Below are positions 41,843 to 51,990 of a DNA stretch of 64,000 bases, in pieces. Position 1 is the stretch's first letter, and each line of letters opens with the position of its first letter. A program made the position numbers and the translations under genes. Below the pieces are notes generated by a model. The model had not been told where the DNA came from. It did not search any database and saw only the letters and a program-made list of their open reading frames with translations. The DNA is from Acidimicrobiales bacterium (lineage in GTDB: Bacteria; Actinomycetota; Acidimicrobiia; Acidimicrobiales; Bog-793): the NCBI GenBank assembly GCA_052148655.1, contig JBKQHU010000132.1, positions 22,813 through 86,812 of the forward strand, written 5' to 3'.

Positions 41843-44398
41843 TCAGCTGCGCAGCGTCGCCTCGTAGCGCCCCTCCACGGCACTGATGCACTCCGAGCGC
41901 AGCCCGGCCACCTCGGCATCGGTCAAGGTCCTGTCCAGGGCGCAGAAACGCAGCCGGTAGGCCAAAGAACGCCAGCCATCGCGCACGCCCGGTCCCCGGT
42001 AGACGTCGAACAGCTCCACCGACTCACACAGCGCCCCGGCGACAGCGCGCAGCGTCGCCTCGATCGCGGCCGCCGGAACCGTGTCGGCCACGACGAAGGC
42101 GAGGTCGACGTCGCTCGAGGGGAAGCGGCTCACCGGACGCGCCACGAGCGGGCGGCGGGGGGCGGCGGCCAGCTTCAGAAGGTCGAGCTCGAGCCAGCCT
42201 GCCCGCGGCCGCGCGAGCTCGTATGCCTCGAGGGTCTCCGGGTCGACCTCACCGACGACGCCTAGCACCAGTCCGCCGGCAACGATCTCGGCCGTGCGCG
42301 CCGGATGCATGCCGCCACGGCGGGCGGGGCGCAGCTCGGCACCTTCCAGTCCGAGCGCGTCCGAGATCACGCGCCAGGCCCTCACAGCCGCGCCGGCGTC
42401 GTCGTCGACGTCCGCCAGGACGAGCCCCACGAGCTCCCACTCGTCCGGCAGTTCAGGAGACTCGCCTGTGCTCTCGCCGGCCGGGCCGGATGCGGGGGAT
42501 CCGGCCGGCACCGCGAAGACGTCACCGATCTCGAAGAGCCGCAGCCAGGGATGGCGGTGGCCGACGTTGTGGCGTACCGCCCCCAACAGGCCCGGTAGCA
42601 GGCCTCCTCTCAGCACAGACTCCTCCGCCACCATGGGGTTCAAGAGCGCCACGAGCGGGCTCGACACCCCTGCGCGCACCTGGTCGGCGGCCTCGACGAC
42701 CGACATCGTCCATGCCTCGTGCGCCCCGAGGCCGGTCAGGATCCGCCTCAACCGGCGGCGGAGGACCTGCAGGTCGGTGAGCCGGCCGACATACGGCGAC
42801 CGTCGCTGTGATGTCGGCAGCTCCTGGTAGCCGATGCGCCGAGCCACCTCCTCGGTCACGTCGGCTTCGCGGCGGACATCTGGGCGGAACGACGGCACTT
42901 CGACCTCGAGAAGTCCCGTGCCGCCGGCGGCCTCGGGCAACCTCGTGACGAAGCCCAACGGGTCAAGGAGCGTTGCGACCTCGGCGTCTTGTAGCTCTGT
43001 TCCGAGCAGGGCTGCGACCCGGGCGGTCCGGACCGGGATGCGCCTCGGCACGTACTCGACGGGCCGGGCGTCGAGCAGGCCTGCTGCGACCACCGGCGGG
43101 GCGACCCCGGCGGCCCGGGCAGCCGCCACCACGAGCTCGCAAAAACGCGACGCCGCCCGTTCCATGCCCAACGGGTCCACCCCGCGCTCGAAGCGTACGG
43201 AGGCCTCGCTCCTGAGCCCCACACGCCTGGCGGTACGCGCAATGGCGAGCGGGACGAAGTAGCCGACTTCGAGAAGCACGCGTGAAGCCTCCGCGGTTAT
43301 CTCGCTCGACTGGCCGCCCATGATCCCGCCGATGCCGACCGGACGATCGTCGGCGTCGCAGATTACGCAGTCGCCGGGGTCGGAGCCGTTAGCCCCAGCC
43401 GACCGACCCCCGAGCACTCTCGTCGCCCCGTCCAAGGTGACGAGCTCCTCACCGGGCCGGGCCGAGCGGACACGCAGGCCGTGGCCCCCGAGCCGGTCCA
43501 GGTCGTAGGGGTGCGTCGGCTGGCCGAGCTCCAACATGACGTAGTTCGAGGCGTCGACGATCGCATCGATGGGCCTCATCCCCGCCAGGGTCAGCCTGCG
43601 GGCGACGATGGCGGGTGAGGCCACGTGGGTCACCCCGACCAGCACCTTGGCGATGAGGCGGTGGCAGAGCGCGGGCGCCAGCACCTCGACGCTCGCGAAG
43701 AACGAGGCCGGCTCCTGGCCATGGGCGACAACGGGTTCGGGGAGCTGCAGGGGCAGTCCCAAACGGGCGGCGATGTCGCGTGCGACACCCGCGACGCACA
43801 GGCAATCGGGCCGGTTCCCCTCGATGGCGAGGTCGAAGACGACGTCGGGCTCGAACGCCGCGCCCAGGTAGTCGGCGAGCGGGAGCCCTAGCTCGAAGCC
43901 CTTGTCGGTGCCTGCCGACACCTTCGACCCGCCCGGGCCGTCGACGCCGACCGGGCCTTGGTCACGGCCGAGAACCAGGATGCCCGCTTGATCCTCCGAC
44001 AAGCGCAGCTCGCGCCCCGAGCACAGCATCCCGTTGGAGACCGCGCCACGCATCCGCCGCTGCTCGATCCGGAACTCCCCCGGCAGCACCGCCCCCACCG
44101 GCGCCAACACCACCACGTCTCCGACCTCGAAGTTCCACGCCCCGCACACCACCTCGACCGGCTCGGGACCGCCCGCGTCGACCACGACCCGGCGGATCTT
44201 GTCCGCGTTGGCGATGGCGGCGATCTCAACCACCCGCGCCAGCACGACGTCGCGCAGACCTTCGCCGACCTTCTCGACGCCCTCCACGACCAGGCCGAGG
44301 GCGTCAAGGTCCGCTGCGAGGGCGGCGACCTCCGCGCGGTCACCCGGCCGCGTCTCGACAGGTGTCAACTCCCGCAACCACGACAGTGGAACGCGCAC
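41843..44398 (-). CDS. pheT: phenylalanine--tRNA ligase beta subunit
   Basis: The 851-aa product has N-terminal MRVPLSWLRE... and the tRNA-binding, B3/4, B5 and C-terminal anticodon-binding layout. It lies directly downstream of pheS. Confidence 0.95.
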   Translation of the reverse strand: MRVPLSWLRELTPVETRPGDRAEVAALAADLDALGLVVEGVEKVGEGLRDVVLARVVEIAAIANADKIRRVVVDAGGPEPVEVVCGAWNFEVGDVVVLAPVGAVLPGEFRIEQRRMRGAVSNGMLCSGRELRLSEDQAGILVLGRDQGPVGVDGPGGSKVSAGTDKGFELGLPLADYLGAAFEPDVVFDLAIEGNRPDCLCVAGVARDIAARLGLPLQLPEPVVAHGQEPASFFASVEVLAPALCHRLIAKVLVGVTHVASPAIVARRLTLAGMRPIDAIVDASNYVMLELGQPTHPYDLDRLGGHGLRVRSARPGEELVTLDGATRVLGGRSAGANGSDPGDCVICDADDRPVGIGGIMGGQSSEITAEASRVLLEVGYFVPLAIARTARRVGLRSEASVRFERGVDPLGMERAASRFCELVVAAARAAGVAPPVVAAGLLDARPVEYVPRRIPVRTARVAALLGTELQDAEVATLLDPLGFVTRLPEAAGGTGLLEVEVPSFRPDVRREADVTEEVARRIGYQELPTSQRRSPYVGRLTDLQVLRRRLRRILTGLGAHEAWTMSVVEAADQVRAGVSSPLVALLNPMVAEESVLRGGLLPGLLGAVRHNVGHRHPWLRLFEIGDVFAVPAGSPASGPAGESTGESPELPDEWELVGLVLADVDDDAGAAVRAWRVISDALGLEGAELRPARRGGMHPARTAEIVAGGLVLGVVGEVDPETLEAYELARPRAGWLELDLLKLAAAPRRPLVARPVSRFPSSDVDLAFVVADTVPAAAIEATLRAVAGALCESVELFDVYRGPGVRDGWRSLAYRLRFCALDRTLTDAEVAGLRSECISAVEGRYEATLRS

Positions 44399-44464
44399 TT
44401 CCTCGTCTCCTCAAACCTCGTCCGTTGTGCTTCGCCTTGTCGGCCGGCAGGCCCGGCCAACGGT

Positions 44465-45511
44465 TCAGAACTGCCCGAGGAACCTCACGTCGTTCTCGAT
44501 CATCACCCGTAAGTCCGCAATGCCGTGGCGCATGATCGCGATCCGGTCGATCCCGAAACCGAAGGCGAAGCCCGTCCACTCCTCGGGGTCCACGCCGGTG
44601 GCCTCGAACACGGCGGGATGCACCATGCCGCAGCCGCCGAGCTCGATCCAGCCGACCCCCGCACAGGTCCGGCACCCCCCGCCGCCACAGATCACACACG
44701 ACATCTCGAACTCCGCCGATGGCTCGGTGAAGGGGAAGTAGGCGGGCCGCAACCGCGTCCTCGTCCCTTCGCCGAAGATGGCGCGGACGAAGGTGTCGAT
44801 CGTCCCCTTCAACTCTGCGAAGGTGACGCCGCGGTCGACCACGAGCCCCTCGATCTGGTGGAACACGGGAAGGTGCGTCGAGTCCGGCGTGTCCTTGCGG
44901 TATGTGCGGCCCGGGACCACGGCGTAGATCGGCAACACACCCCTTTGCAGGAGGCGGATCTGGACCGGTGAGGTGTGCGGGCGCAGGACCACGCTCCACG
45001 GCGCGCCGAAATCGACGTAGAACGTGTCCAATACGCTGCGGGCGGGATGGTCCTCGGGGATGTTGAGCGCCTCGAAATTGCGCCAACCCGTCTCGACCTC
45101 GGGCCCCTCCGCGATCTCGTAGCCCATGCCGACGAAGACGTCCTCGAGCGCCTCGCGCACCTGGGTCACGAGGTGCAGGTGGCCGGCGAGACGCCCCGGC
45201 AGCACCTCTGTGAGGTCCAGGCGGTCCGCCGCGAGCCGTTCGGTCCGCGCGGCGGCGGCTAGCTCGGCCCGGCGGCTCTCGGCGACCGCTTCGAGCCGGC
45301 CGCGCAGCTCGTTCAAGAGCCTGCCGACCTGCCGGCGCTCCTCGGGCTCCTTTGAGCCGAGCGCCTGGTACATCTCAGCGAAGCGCGACCGCTTCGAGCG
45401 GAACGCGACCCGCTCGCATTCCTCGAGGGACGCGAGGTCCGAGGCCCCTTCGAGCGCGGCAGTGGCCTCGGCCTCGAGCTCAGCAATCTCCACGGCCGGA
45501 TCGGTGGTCAC
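44465..45511 (-). CDS. pheS: phenylalanine--tRNA ligase alpha subunit
   Basis: Class II aaRS motifs are present: HPARSVLDTFY, LRPHTSPVQIR, PGRTYRKD, FHQIEGL and GFAFGFGIDRIAM. Confidence 0.95.
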   Translation of the reverse strand: MTTDPAVEIAELEAEATAALEGASDLASLEECERVAFRSKRSRFAEMYQALGSKEPEERRQVGRLLNELRGRLEAVAESRRAELAAAARTERLAADRLDLTEVLPGRLAGHLHLVTQVREALEDVFVGMGYEIAEGPEVETGWRNFEALNIPEDHPARSVLDTFYVDFGAPWSVVLRPHTSPVQIRLLQRGVLPIYAVVPGRTYRKDTPDSTHLPVFHQIEGLVVDRGVTFAELKGTIDTFVRAIFGEGTRTRLRPAYFPFTEPSAEFEMSCVICGGGGCRTCAGVGWIELGGCGMVHPAVFEATGVDPEEWTGFAFGFGIDRIAIMRHGIADLRVMIENDVRFLGQF

Positions 45512-45567
45512 GGCGCCACCTTCGGGCGCCTCGTGCTCGGATGCGATGGCGACATGCTAGGACAGCC

Positions 45568-46389
45568 TCAGCCCGCGCTCCGCCGGCGCCGGGCGGCGTC
45601 GAAGCAGAGCACGGCTGCGGTCATGGCCACGTTCAACGACTCGGTGCCGTCCGCCATCGGGATGGTGATCGAACCGTCCAGAGCGCCCAGAACTTCGCCC
45701 GGCAAGCCGGCCCCCTCGTTGCCGAACACGAACGCCGTCGGGCCGTCGAGGTCCGCGGCCTCGTAGTCCGTCCCGCCCCTCGGGACCGTCGCCCAGGCGC
45801 GATAGCCGCCCGCGCTCAGACCCGCGAGCGCCTGCGCCGGCAGGACGCCTGTCACGAGCGGCACCCGGAACACCGCGCCCGCGCTGGCACGGACCACCTT
45901 CGGGTTGAACGGGTCGACTGTTCCCTCGCAGCAGACAACGCCGAAGGCTCCGGTGGCGCTCGCAATGCGTAGCACGGCCCCGAGGTTGCCCGGATCGCGC
46001 ACGTCCACGCACACGAGCACGACGCCTTGGGCACCGCCCGGGACCGAGCGCGACAAGAGCTCGTCGAGCCCGAGGTCCAGGGCTTTGACGACGCCACAGA
46101 CCGCCTGCGGGCTGACGGTGTCGGCCACGCGTTCCATGATCCCGGGACCGAGCTCGAACACGGGCAGTCCTGCAGCCTCCGCCCGCTCGACGACGGCTGT
46201 CACCGAGGTCGACGACCGCCAGTCGGCGGCCACAAAGAGCGACTCCAAAGGCGCACCCGCGTCGAGCGCGGCCTCCACGACGCGGACGCCCTCGGCGACA
46301 AAAGCGCGCTCGCTCTCACGGACACTCGCGCGGCGCAGCAGCCGCCGCAGGCGCTGGACCTTTGGGTCGCGCGCGCCGAGCCTGTTCAT
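45568..46389 (-). CDS. TrmH/SpoU-family RNA 2'-O-methyltransferase
   Basis: ATG at 46389. C-terminal SpoU motifs are LVCVDVRDPGNLGAVLRIA, AFVFGNEGAGL and IPMADGTESLNVAMTAAV. The upstream part of the track ORF is spurious. Confidence 0.85.
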   Translation of the reverse strand: MNRLGARDPKVQRLRRLLRRASVRESERAFVAEGVRVVEAALDAGAPLESLFVAADWRSSTSVTAVVERAEAAGLPVFELGPGIMERVADTVSPQAVCGVVKALDLGLDELLSRSVPGGAQGVVLVCVDVRDPGNLGAVLRIASATGAFGVVCCEGTVDPFNPKVVRASAGAVFRVPLVTGVLPAQALAGLSAGGYRAWATVPRGGTDYEAADLDGPTAFVFGNEGAGLPGEVLGALDGSITIPMADGTESLNVAMTAAVLCFDAARRRRSAG

Positions 46390-46433
46390 GGTGCGCTCAG
46401 AGGTGACGCCTACGCCCGAGTTGACGTGTACGC

Positions 46434-46841
46434 CTAGGAGGCCGCCTCGTCGACCGTGTCCGCCTCGAGCCCGTGCTCGGCTTGGTCGCCGAGCGCCTCG
46501 ACGGCGCGCTGGACCAAGGCCGCGAACGCTTGCGGGTCGCGAACAGCGACGTCCGCGAGCATCTTGCGGTCGACGTCCATTTCCGCCTTGTGCAGCCCGG
46601 CGATGAAACGGCTGTAGGTTGTGCCGTTGAGCCGTGCCGCGGCGTTTATGCGCTGGATCCAAAGCTTGCGGAACTCGCCCTTGCGGGCCCTGCGGTCGCG
46701 ATAGGCGTACTGGAGCGAGTGCATGACTTGCTCGTTCGCCGCCCGGTACGAGCGCGACTTGTTGCCGTAGAAGCCCTGCGCGCGTTCGAGAACTGTCCTC
46801 CGGCGCTTCTTGCCGTGGACTGCGCGCTTGACCCTGGCCAT
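46434..46841 (-). CDS. rplT: 50S ribosomal protein L20
   Basis: [39 protein letters not shown].... The track ORF is over-extended upstream. Confidence 0.95.
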   Translation of the reverse strand: MARVKRAVHGKKRRRTVLERAQGFYGNKSRSYRAANEQVMHSLQYAYRDRRARKGEFRKLWIQRINAAARLNGTTYSRFIAGLHKAEMDVDRKMLADVAVRDPQAFAALVQRAVEALGDQAEHGLEADTVDEAAS

Positions 46842-46957
46842 TTCGGGGCTCCCTTCATCATCTCTACGAGTGCGATCTGTGGCGGTGCAAAAACGGAGGC
46901 GCCAAGCGGGGCCGGCCGGGGCAGCGGTGACGTTCGACCCGGGGCCCGGCTGCGACC

Positions 46958-47152
46958 TCAGATCCCGAGCAGCCGGCGGACGCTCTTGCGGTCGGCCGGG
47001 GACAGCCCGACCTCGTGGGCGAGGCGGCGAGTGCGAACCGACGACTTCTTCTCGAGCAGATGGCCGCGGTTCTGCTGCCGGCGCCTGATCTTCCCGGTCC
47101 CGGTGATCTTGAAACGGGCCACTGCACCCCGGTCCGTCTTCTGCTTCGGCAT
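46958..47152 (-). CDS. rpmI: 50S ribosomal protein L35
   Basis: 64-aa product [37 protein letters not shown].... Confidence 0.95.
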   Translation of the reverse strand: MPKQKTDRGAVARFKITGTGKIRRRQQNRGHLLEKKSSVRTRRLAHEVGLSPADRKSVRRLLGI

Positions 47153-47304
47153 TTCGGTACCCCTTGTCTTCGTTTCGGTGTTCGTCTCGTCGTTGCCCTC
47201 GGCCGTAGGCCGTCCTGCTGCACAGCCCCCGGGCCCGGTGACCCGCAAGGATCACGGCCCAACCGGAGGGACTGGCTCGTTCTCCAAACGTGCCGGAGCT
47301 TGTG

Positions 47305-48003
47305 CTACGGCTGCGTCTCCTGCACACGCATCTCCAACACGGCCTGACCGTTGTCCTGCACCGCGGCGCCCGGCCCGGCTCCGTCCGGCGTCGCGGCAAC
47401 CCCGCCCGGCGCATTGCCGTTCGAGGCCACCCGGTGCCTTTCCTCGGTCAGATGCTTCGCTTCTGAGGACTGCTTCGCCCGTTTGTCCGGAGCGAGCACC
47501 ATGACCATGTTCCGTCCGTCCAGGCGACCCTCTGTCTCGATCTTGGCCACTCCGTCGATCTGCTCTGTGATCCGTTCGAGAATGCGCCTGCCGAGGTCCG
47601 GATGGATGACCTCCCTACCCCGGAACATCACCGTCACCTTGACCTTGTGGCCCTCGTTCAGGAACTTGAGAACCTGGCGCGTCTTGGTGTCGAAGTCTCC
47701 CGGGCCGATCTTGGGCCGGTACTTCATCTCCTTGATGCCGACATTGCTCGTCTTGCGTCGCGACTCTTTGGCCCTTTGCGCCGCATCGAATTTGAACTTC
47801 CCATAGTCCATGATCCGGCAGACCGGCGGGTTCGCCAGAGGCGCCACCTCCACCAGGTCGAGATCCTGCTGCTGGGCAATGGCGAGCGCCTGCGCAAGAG
47901 GCGTGATCCCGAGCTGGCGACCTTCAGCGTCGACTAGCCGGACCTCACGAGCACGGATACGGTCGTTGATCCGTGGCTCATTGGAGCTGGGAACAGTGGT
48001 GAT
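47305..48003 (-). CDS. infC: translation initiation factor IF-3 (non-AUG start inferred)
   Basis: The track ORF starts inside the conserved DLVEVAP block. The in-frame upstream reading gives ...[28 protein letters not shown].... The only plausible starts are ATC 48003 (GAGAGGA upstream) or ATT 48066. Confidence 0.88.
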   Translation of the reverse strand: MTTVPSSNEPRINDRIRAREVRLVDAEGRQLGITPLAQALAIAQQQDLDLVEVAPLANPPVCRIMDYGKFKFDAAQRAKESRRKTSNVGIKEMKYRPKIGPGDFDTKTRQVLKFLNEGHKVKVTVMFRGREVIHPDLGRRILERITEQIDGVAKIETEGRLDGRNMVMVLAPDKRAKQSSEAKHLTEERHRVASNGNAPGGVAATPDGAGPGAAVQDNGQAVLEMRVQETQP

Positions 48004-48186
48004 TGGGCGTCGTCCTCTCGCTAGGGCCGAGACTGTGCTCGACCGTACGAAAGGGAAGCCGGCAATGCCGACCCGTCACTCTCAAGACCCGGCGCACACA
48101 TCGGCCGCGCCGACAGTGGCCGGGTGGGAGTCACGCCATACGGCGCAGCCCCGCTTCCCTCAGTTGTCAAGACGTACGCTAGCAGC

Positions 48187-48678
48187 ATGAGCAGCCTGTG
48201 GACACCAGAAGGGGAACATCGCGTCCCGCGGCCGGGCGAAGCCGTGCCCGGGACACCGGGATCCCCCGGCGCCGGAGGGCCGGGTAAGCCGGGTGGCACG
48301 CAACCCGATCCCGACGCGGCCCGCCCTGTGGGCGCCGAGACGGCCCCGTTGAGCGAGGAGGAGCTGGCCGCCGAACGCGAGCTGGAGGAGGTGGCCAAGC
48401 ACCTTGCCGCCGCCCCGGCGGAGGACGTCGTCGCCAACCACTGCTACGGCCTCTTCGAGCTCGCGGCCCTGCACCTGTCCCAGCAGCCGCCCCAGCTCGA
48501 CAAGGCGAGACTGGCGATCGACGCCCTCGGGCTGTTGGTGGACGGGCTCGGGGAGCGCCTCGGCCAGCATGCCCCGGCACTCGCGGAGGGCCTCGCCCAG
48601 CTCCGCCTCGCCTTCGTCCGCATCGCCGAGGCCGTCCTCACCTCCGACGGGCACGCTGGCGCCGAAGCGGGATCCTGA
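48187..48678 (+). CDS. DUF1844 family protein
   Basis: MSSLWTPEGEH... followed by VVANHCYGLFELAALHLSQQPPQLDKARLAIDALGLLVDGLG.... It is divergent from infC, as is common in high-GC Gram-positives. Confidence 0.6.
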   Translation: MSSLWTPEGEHRVPRPGEAVPGTPGSPGAGGPGKPGGTQPDPDAARPVGAETAPLSEEELAAERELEEVAKHLAAAPAEDVVANHCYGLFELAALHLSQQPPQLDKARLAIDALGLLVDGLGERLGQHAPALAEGLAQLRLAFVRIAEAVLTSDGHAGAEAGS

Positions 48679-49581
48679 CTAGCCGCCTGGCAGGCCCAGT
48701 AAGCCGACAATCCCTGCCCAACCACCCTCGCTGGCCGGTGCCAGCAACCGGTCGGCGTTCGCCCGGGCGGCTTCGGTCCCGTCCGCGACGGCGAGAGCGA
48801 CGCAGGCTTCCTGCAACATCTCCACGTCGTTGTCGGCATCCCCGATCGCCAGCACCCGTGTCGGATCGAGCCCGTGCGCCGCGCAGTACGCCAGCACCCC
48901 GGACCACTTGCTCACCCCCAAAGTACGCAAGCTCAGATGGAGGCCCCCGTAGGTACGGTCCGTGGAGGTCGCCGCCGCCACCGGCACTCGGGCCGTCACC
49001 TGCGCGGCCAGGTCCCGGACCAGGGAAGGCTCGCCGCCGAGCAGCGTGAAGGCGAGCACGGGAAGTGTTCGCACGGCGGTCCACGGATCTTCTTGCCTGA
49101 CAGAAGCCGTGATGCGGCGGATGTACTCGGGATGAGTGAACGGGTGCTCGCCCAGCACGACATCGCGCCCGGGAGCGTCCACATGGATGCACGGGCTGAC
49201 ACCGAGCTCCTCGAGGATCCCGAGCACCTGGGCCGCGACCTCGGGGCTGAAGGCGCGGGTGTGGAACGCCCTCGTCGCGCCGAACTCGAAGCCGATGGCG
49301 CCGTCGAGGAACACCCCCGGTAGTTCGACGCCGTTGGCCTCCATGACCGTCCAGGCGCTGCGCGCCCCGCGGCCGGTGGCGACAAGCACCGGCACGAGGG
49401 CGCCGGCGAGGGTACTGAGTGCCCTGTGGGTGCGGGGGTGGATCTGTCCCCTGCCGTCCCACAAAGTGCCGTCGAGGTCGGTCACGACGAGGTCTATCCG
49501 CGGTGCGACACCGAATGCGGCCGTCACCACGGGCGCCGCCGACGCGACCGGGGTCGGCTCGAGGCCTGACGGCGGTCTCAT
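48679..49581 (-). CDS. HAD-superfamily (Cof-type) hydrolase
   Basis: HAD motif I is LVVTDLDGTLW and motif IV is AIGDADNDVEM. ATG 49581 lies just after the GNAT gene stop. Confidence 0.8.
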   Translation of the reverse strand: MRPPSGLEPTPVASAAPVVTAAFGVAPRIDLVVTDLDGTLWDGRGQIHPRTHRALSTLAGALVPVLVATGRGARSAWTVMEANGVELPGVFLDGAIGFEFGATRAFHTRAFSPEVAAQVLGILEELGVSPCIHVDAPGRDVVLGEHPFTHPEYIRRITASVRQEDPWTAVRTLPVLAFTLLGGEPSLVRDLAAQVTARVPVAAATSTDRTYGGLHLSLRTLGVSKWSGVLAYCAAHGLDPTRVLAIGDADNDVEMLQEACVALAVADGTEAARANADRLLAPASEGGWAGIVGLLGLPGG

Positions 49582-49585
49582 CGTC

Positions 49586-50425
49586 TCAGACGGCCTCGTC
49601 GAAGCGGTACACGAGCATCTCCGAGACCGCCTCGAAGCCAAGGCGCCGGTAGATGGCGTTCGAACTGGCGTTGCCGAGCTGGGCGTACAGCACCGCACCC
49701 GCGCCCTCTGCGTCGCGGACCCACTCGCACAACGCCCCCACGCAGGCGCCCGCGTACCCGCGCCGACGCCACGCGGGCGGTGTGAAGACGACCCCGATCC
49801 TCGAGACGGAGCCCAGCGGTTGTGTGGCGCGAGCCATGCATCTTGGCCCGCCGTCCTCCCAGAGGAAAACTCGGCCGGTCCCAAGCGAGAAGTCGACAGC
49901 CGGGGCCACCTCGCCGGCCGTCGTGCCGATCTCGGCCTGGAAGGCCGACCACCACTCGATCAGGAGATCCCGATCGGAGGGCTCCGCGCGTCGCAACCGC
50001 CCGGGCACGGCCTGCGGGGGAACGAGGCGACCTAGCGCGTACAGGCGCTGGGCGTCGGTGACGACTGCGGCCACGCGCACCCGCTCGGTCCAACAGCCGG
50101 CGAAGGCCGACGCCGTTAAGGCCTCGCCGGCGACACCGAAGAGGCGGTGCCCCTCTTCCGAGATGGCGTCGGCGATGGCGGCGACGTGCTCACGTGGCAT
50201 CGGTGAGATCGCGGCGGCGTGGCCCGGTGGGGACTCGATGACGAGGCCGGCCACCTCGCCGGCCGCCTCCACCAGCCAGTACCGCCCCGGTGCACCCGTG
50301 GCCGCCCTCTGGGACATGACGCTCCAGATCACGCTGAGCTCGACGGGCCGGGCGGCAAGGTAGGCGCCCGCGCGCTCGATCGCGGCGGCGGCGTCGCTCG
50401 TGGCGTGCAGGCTGAGGCTGCCCAT
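49586..50425 (-). CDS. GNAT-family N-acetyltransferase
   Basis: C-terminal acetyl-CoA-binding block VFTPPAWRRRGYAGACVGAL...NASSNAIYRRLGF. The start is ATG 50425 (alternative TTG 50446). Confidence 0.7.
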   Translation of the reverse strand: MGSLSLHATSDAAAAIERAGAYLAARPVELSVIWSVMSQRAATGAPGRYWLVEAAGEVAGLVIESPPGHAAAISPMPREHVAAIADAISEEGHRLFGVAGEALTASAFAGCWTERVRVAAVVTDAQRLYALGRLVPPQAVPGRLRRAEPSDRDLLIEWWSAFQAEIGTTAGEVAPAVDFSLGTGRVFLWEDGGPRCMARATQPLGSVSRIGVVFTPPAWRRRGYAGACVGALCEWVRDAEGAGAVLYAQLGNASSNAIYRRLGFEAVSEMLVYRFDEAV

Positions 50426-50468
50426 GCCCCTAGCCTGCCACGGCAACAGGCGCCCCTACGCTTTTGGA

Positions 50469-51035
50469 ATGGGCCGGACATACGCAACCATCGACGACCA
50501 GCTGGCCAGGTTTCTCCTGTCACAGCCGTTCTTTTTCGTAGCCTCCGCCCCAGTTTCGATCGATGGGCTCGTGAACTGCTCGCCGAAGAGCAACGACGGC
50601 GAACTGGCGGTGATCGACCAGCATCACGTCGCCTACATCGACCGGACCGGCAGCGGTGTCGAGACAATCGCCCATCTCCGCGAGAACGGCCGGATCGTGC
50701 TCGTGTTCTGCGCCTTCGGCGGACCGCCGCGGATCGTGCGCATCCATGGCCGCGGCTCGGTGCTGGCACGCGACGACAGCCGTTTCGGCCAGCTGGCGCA
50801 AAGCTTCGCGACCGGCCGGATTCTCGGTGCCCGATCGATCATCGTCGTCGCCGCCCAGCGCGTGTCCGACTCCTGCGGTTACGGGGTGCCCCTGATGGAC
50901 TTCCGGGCGCACCGGACCCAGATGGCCGAGTGGGCCGAGCGCAAGGGCGACGAGGGGATCAGGCAGTACTGGCAGTCCTCCAACGCCGTGAGCCTCGACG
51001 GCCTCCCCGCCCTCGGGGATATCGCTGAGGCCTGA
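50469..51035 (+). CDS. pyridoxamine 5'-phosphate oxidase-family (FMN-binding split-barrel) protein
   Basis: Blocks FFFVASAP...GLVNCSPKS, VAYIDRTGSGVETIAHLRENGRIVLVF and IVRIHGRG resemble the PNPOx-like family. Confidence 0.65.
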   Translation: MGRTYATIDDQLARFLLSQPFFFVASAPVSIDGLVNCSPKSNDGELAVIDQHHVAYIDRTGSGVETIAHLRENGRIVLVFCAFGGPPRIVRIHGRGSVLARDDSRFGQLAQSFATGRILGARSIIVVAAQRVSDSCGYGVPLMDFRAHRTQMAEWAERKGDEGIRQYWQSSNAVSLDGLPALGDIAEA

Positions 51036-51058
51036 CCGGCCCGCTCATCGCGGGCCGG
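51036..51058. terminator. 9-bp GC hairpin right after the PNPOx-like gene stop (convergent with hisG)
   Basis: CCGGCCCGC-tcatc-GCGGGCCGG begins 1 nt after the TGA at 51033-35. Confidence 0.4.
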
Positions 51059-51112
51059 GCTGCACCCCGCCGTGCCATGGCCGCCAACCGCGCCCGCCGA
51101 CCGGGCAGAGCC

Positions 51113-51988
51113 TCAGTGGACGATCTTGGCGATCGCGAGCTCGACAATGTCTGTCGCGCCGCGTTCTTTGAGCTCGGGGATCAGCACGTTGATCTGGGAC
51201 TTCGGGACCACCGTCTCGACTGCGTAGCCCGCCTCGCCGAACAGCTTGGAGACCGTCGGTGCCCTCATGGAGGGAAGCACGGCAATGATGCCGTCCAGGT
51301 AGGCGGGCGCGACGTTCAGCTTCACGAGGACCTTCCCCCGCGCCTCGAGGGCCCCCTGCAGCAGCACGAGGAGCTGCCCCATGGCGCGCAGCTTCTCCGG
51401 ATCGACGACCGAGACCGGGTTCGCGATCAGCTCGGTGTAGGACAACATGAGGGTGTCGATCACCCGCAGGCCGGCCGCCCGCAGTGCCCGGCCTGTCTCG
51501 GTGATCTCGACAACGGCGTCGGCGATGTCGGGGATCTTCGCCTCGGTGGCCCCGAAGGAGAAACGGACGTCGGCCTCGAGCCCCCGCTCGGCCAGGAACC
51601 GTCTGGTCAACCCCGGGTACTCGGTCGAGATCCGGCAACCCGGCGGGAGATCGTCGACCTTGCGGACGGGCGAGTCGTCACTGACCGCGAGCACGACCTT
51701 GATCGGCTCGGCCGTCGCCTTCGAGTACCGCAGCTCGCCGAGGCTCACCACGTCCGCGCCCGTCTCCTCCACCCAGTCACGACCCGTCACGCCGAGGTCG
51801 AAAAGGCCCTCTGCCACATAGGTCGGTATCTCCTGCGGCCTTAAGATGTGGACCTCGTCGATGCGCGGGTCGTCGATCGTGGCCCGGTAGGCGACATCGG
51901 AGGCCCTTCGCACCGTCAGATCGGCAGCGGCAAAAAGCTCGAAGGTCGCCAGCTCCAAAGAGCCCTTCGGGAGAACGAGGCGCAGCAC
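51113..51988 (-). CDS. hisG: ATP phosphoribosyltransferase (long form)
   Basis: GTG at 51988 lies 2 nt after the ribH stop. Blocks: LRLVLPKGSLE, DLGVTGRDW, VEITETGRALRAAGL, and a C-terminal regulatory domain. Confidence 0.93.
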   Translation of the reverse strand: MLRLVLPKGSLELATFELFAAADLTVRRASDVAYRATIDDPRIDEVHILRPQEIPTYVAEGLFDLGVTGRDWVEETGADVVSLGELRYSKATAEPIKVVLAVSDDSPVRKVDDLPPGCRISTEYPGLTRRFLAERGLEADVRFSFGATEAKIPDIADAVVEITETGRALRAAGLRVIDTLMLSYTELIANPVSVVDPEKLRAMGQLLVLLQGALEARGKVLVKLNVAPAYLDGIIAVLPSMRAPTVSKLFGEAGYAVETVVPKSQINVLIPELKERGATDIVELAIAKIVH

Positions 51989-51990
51989 CG

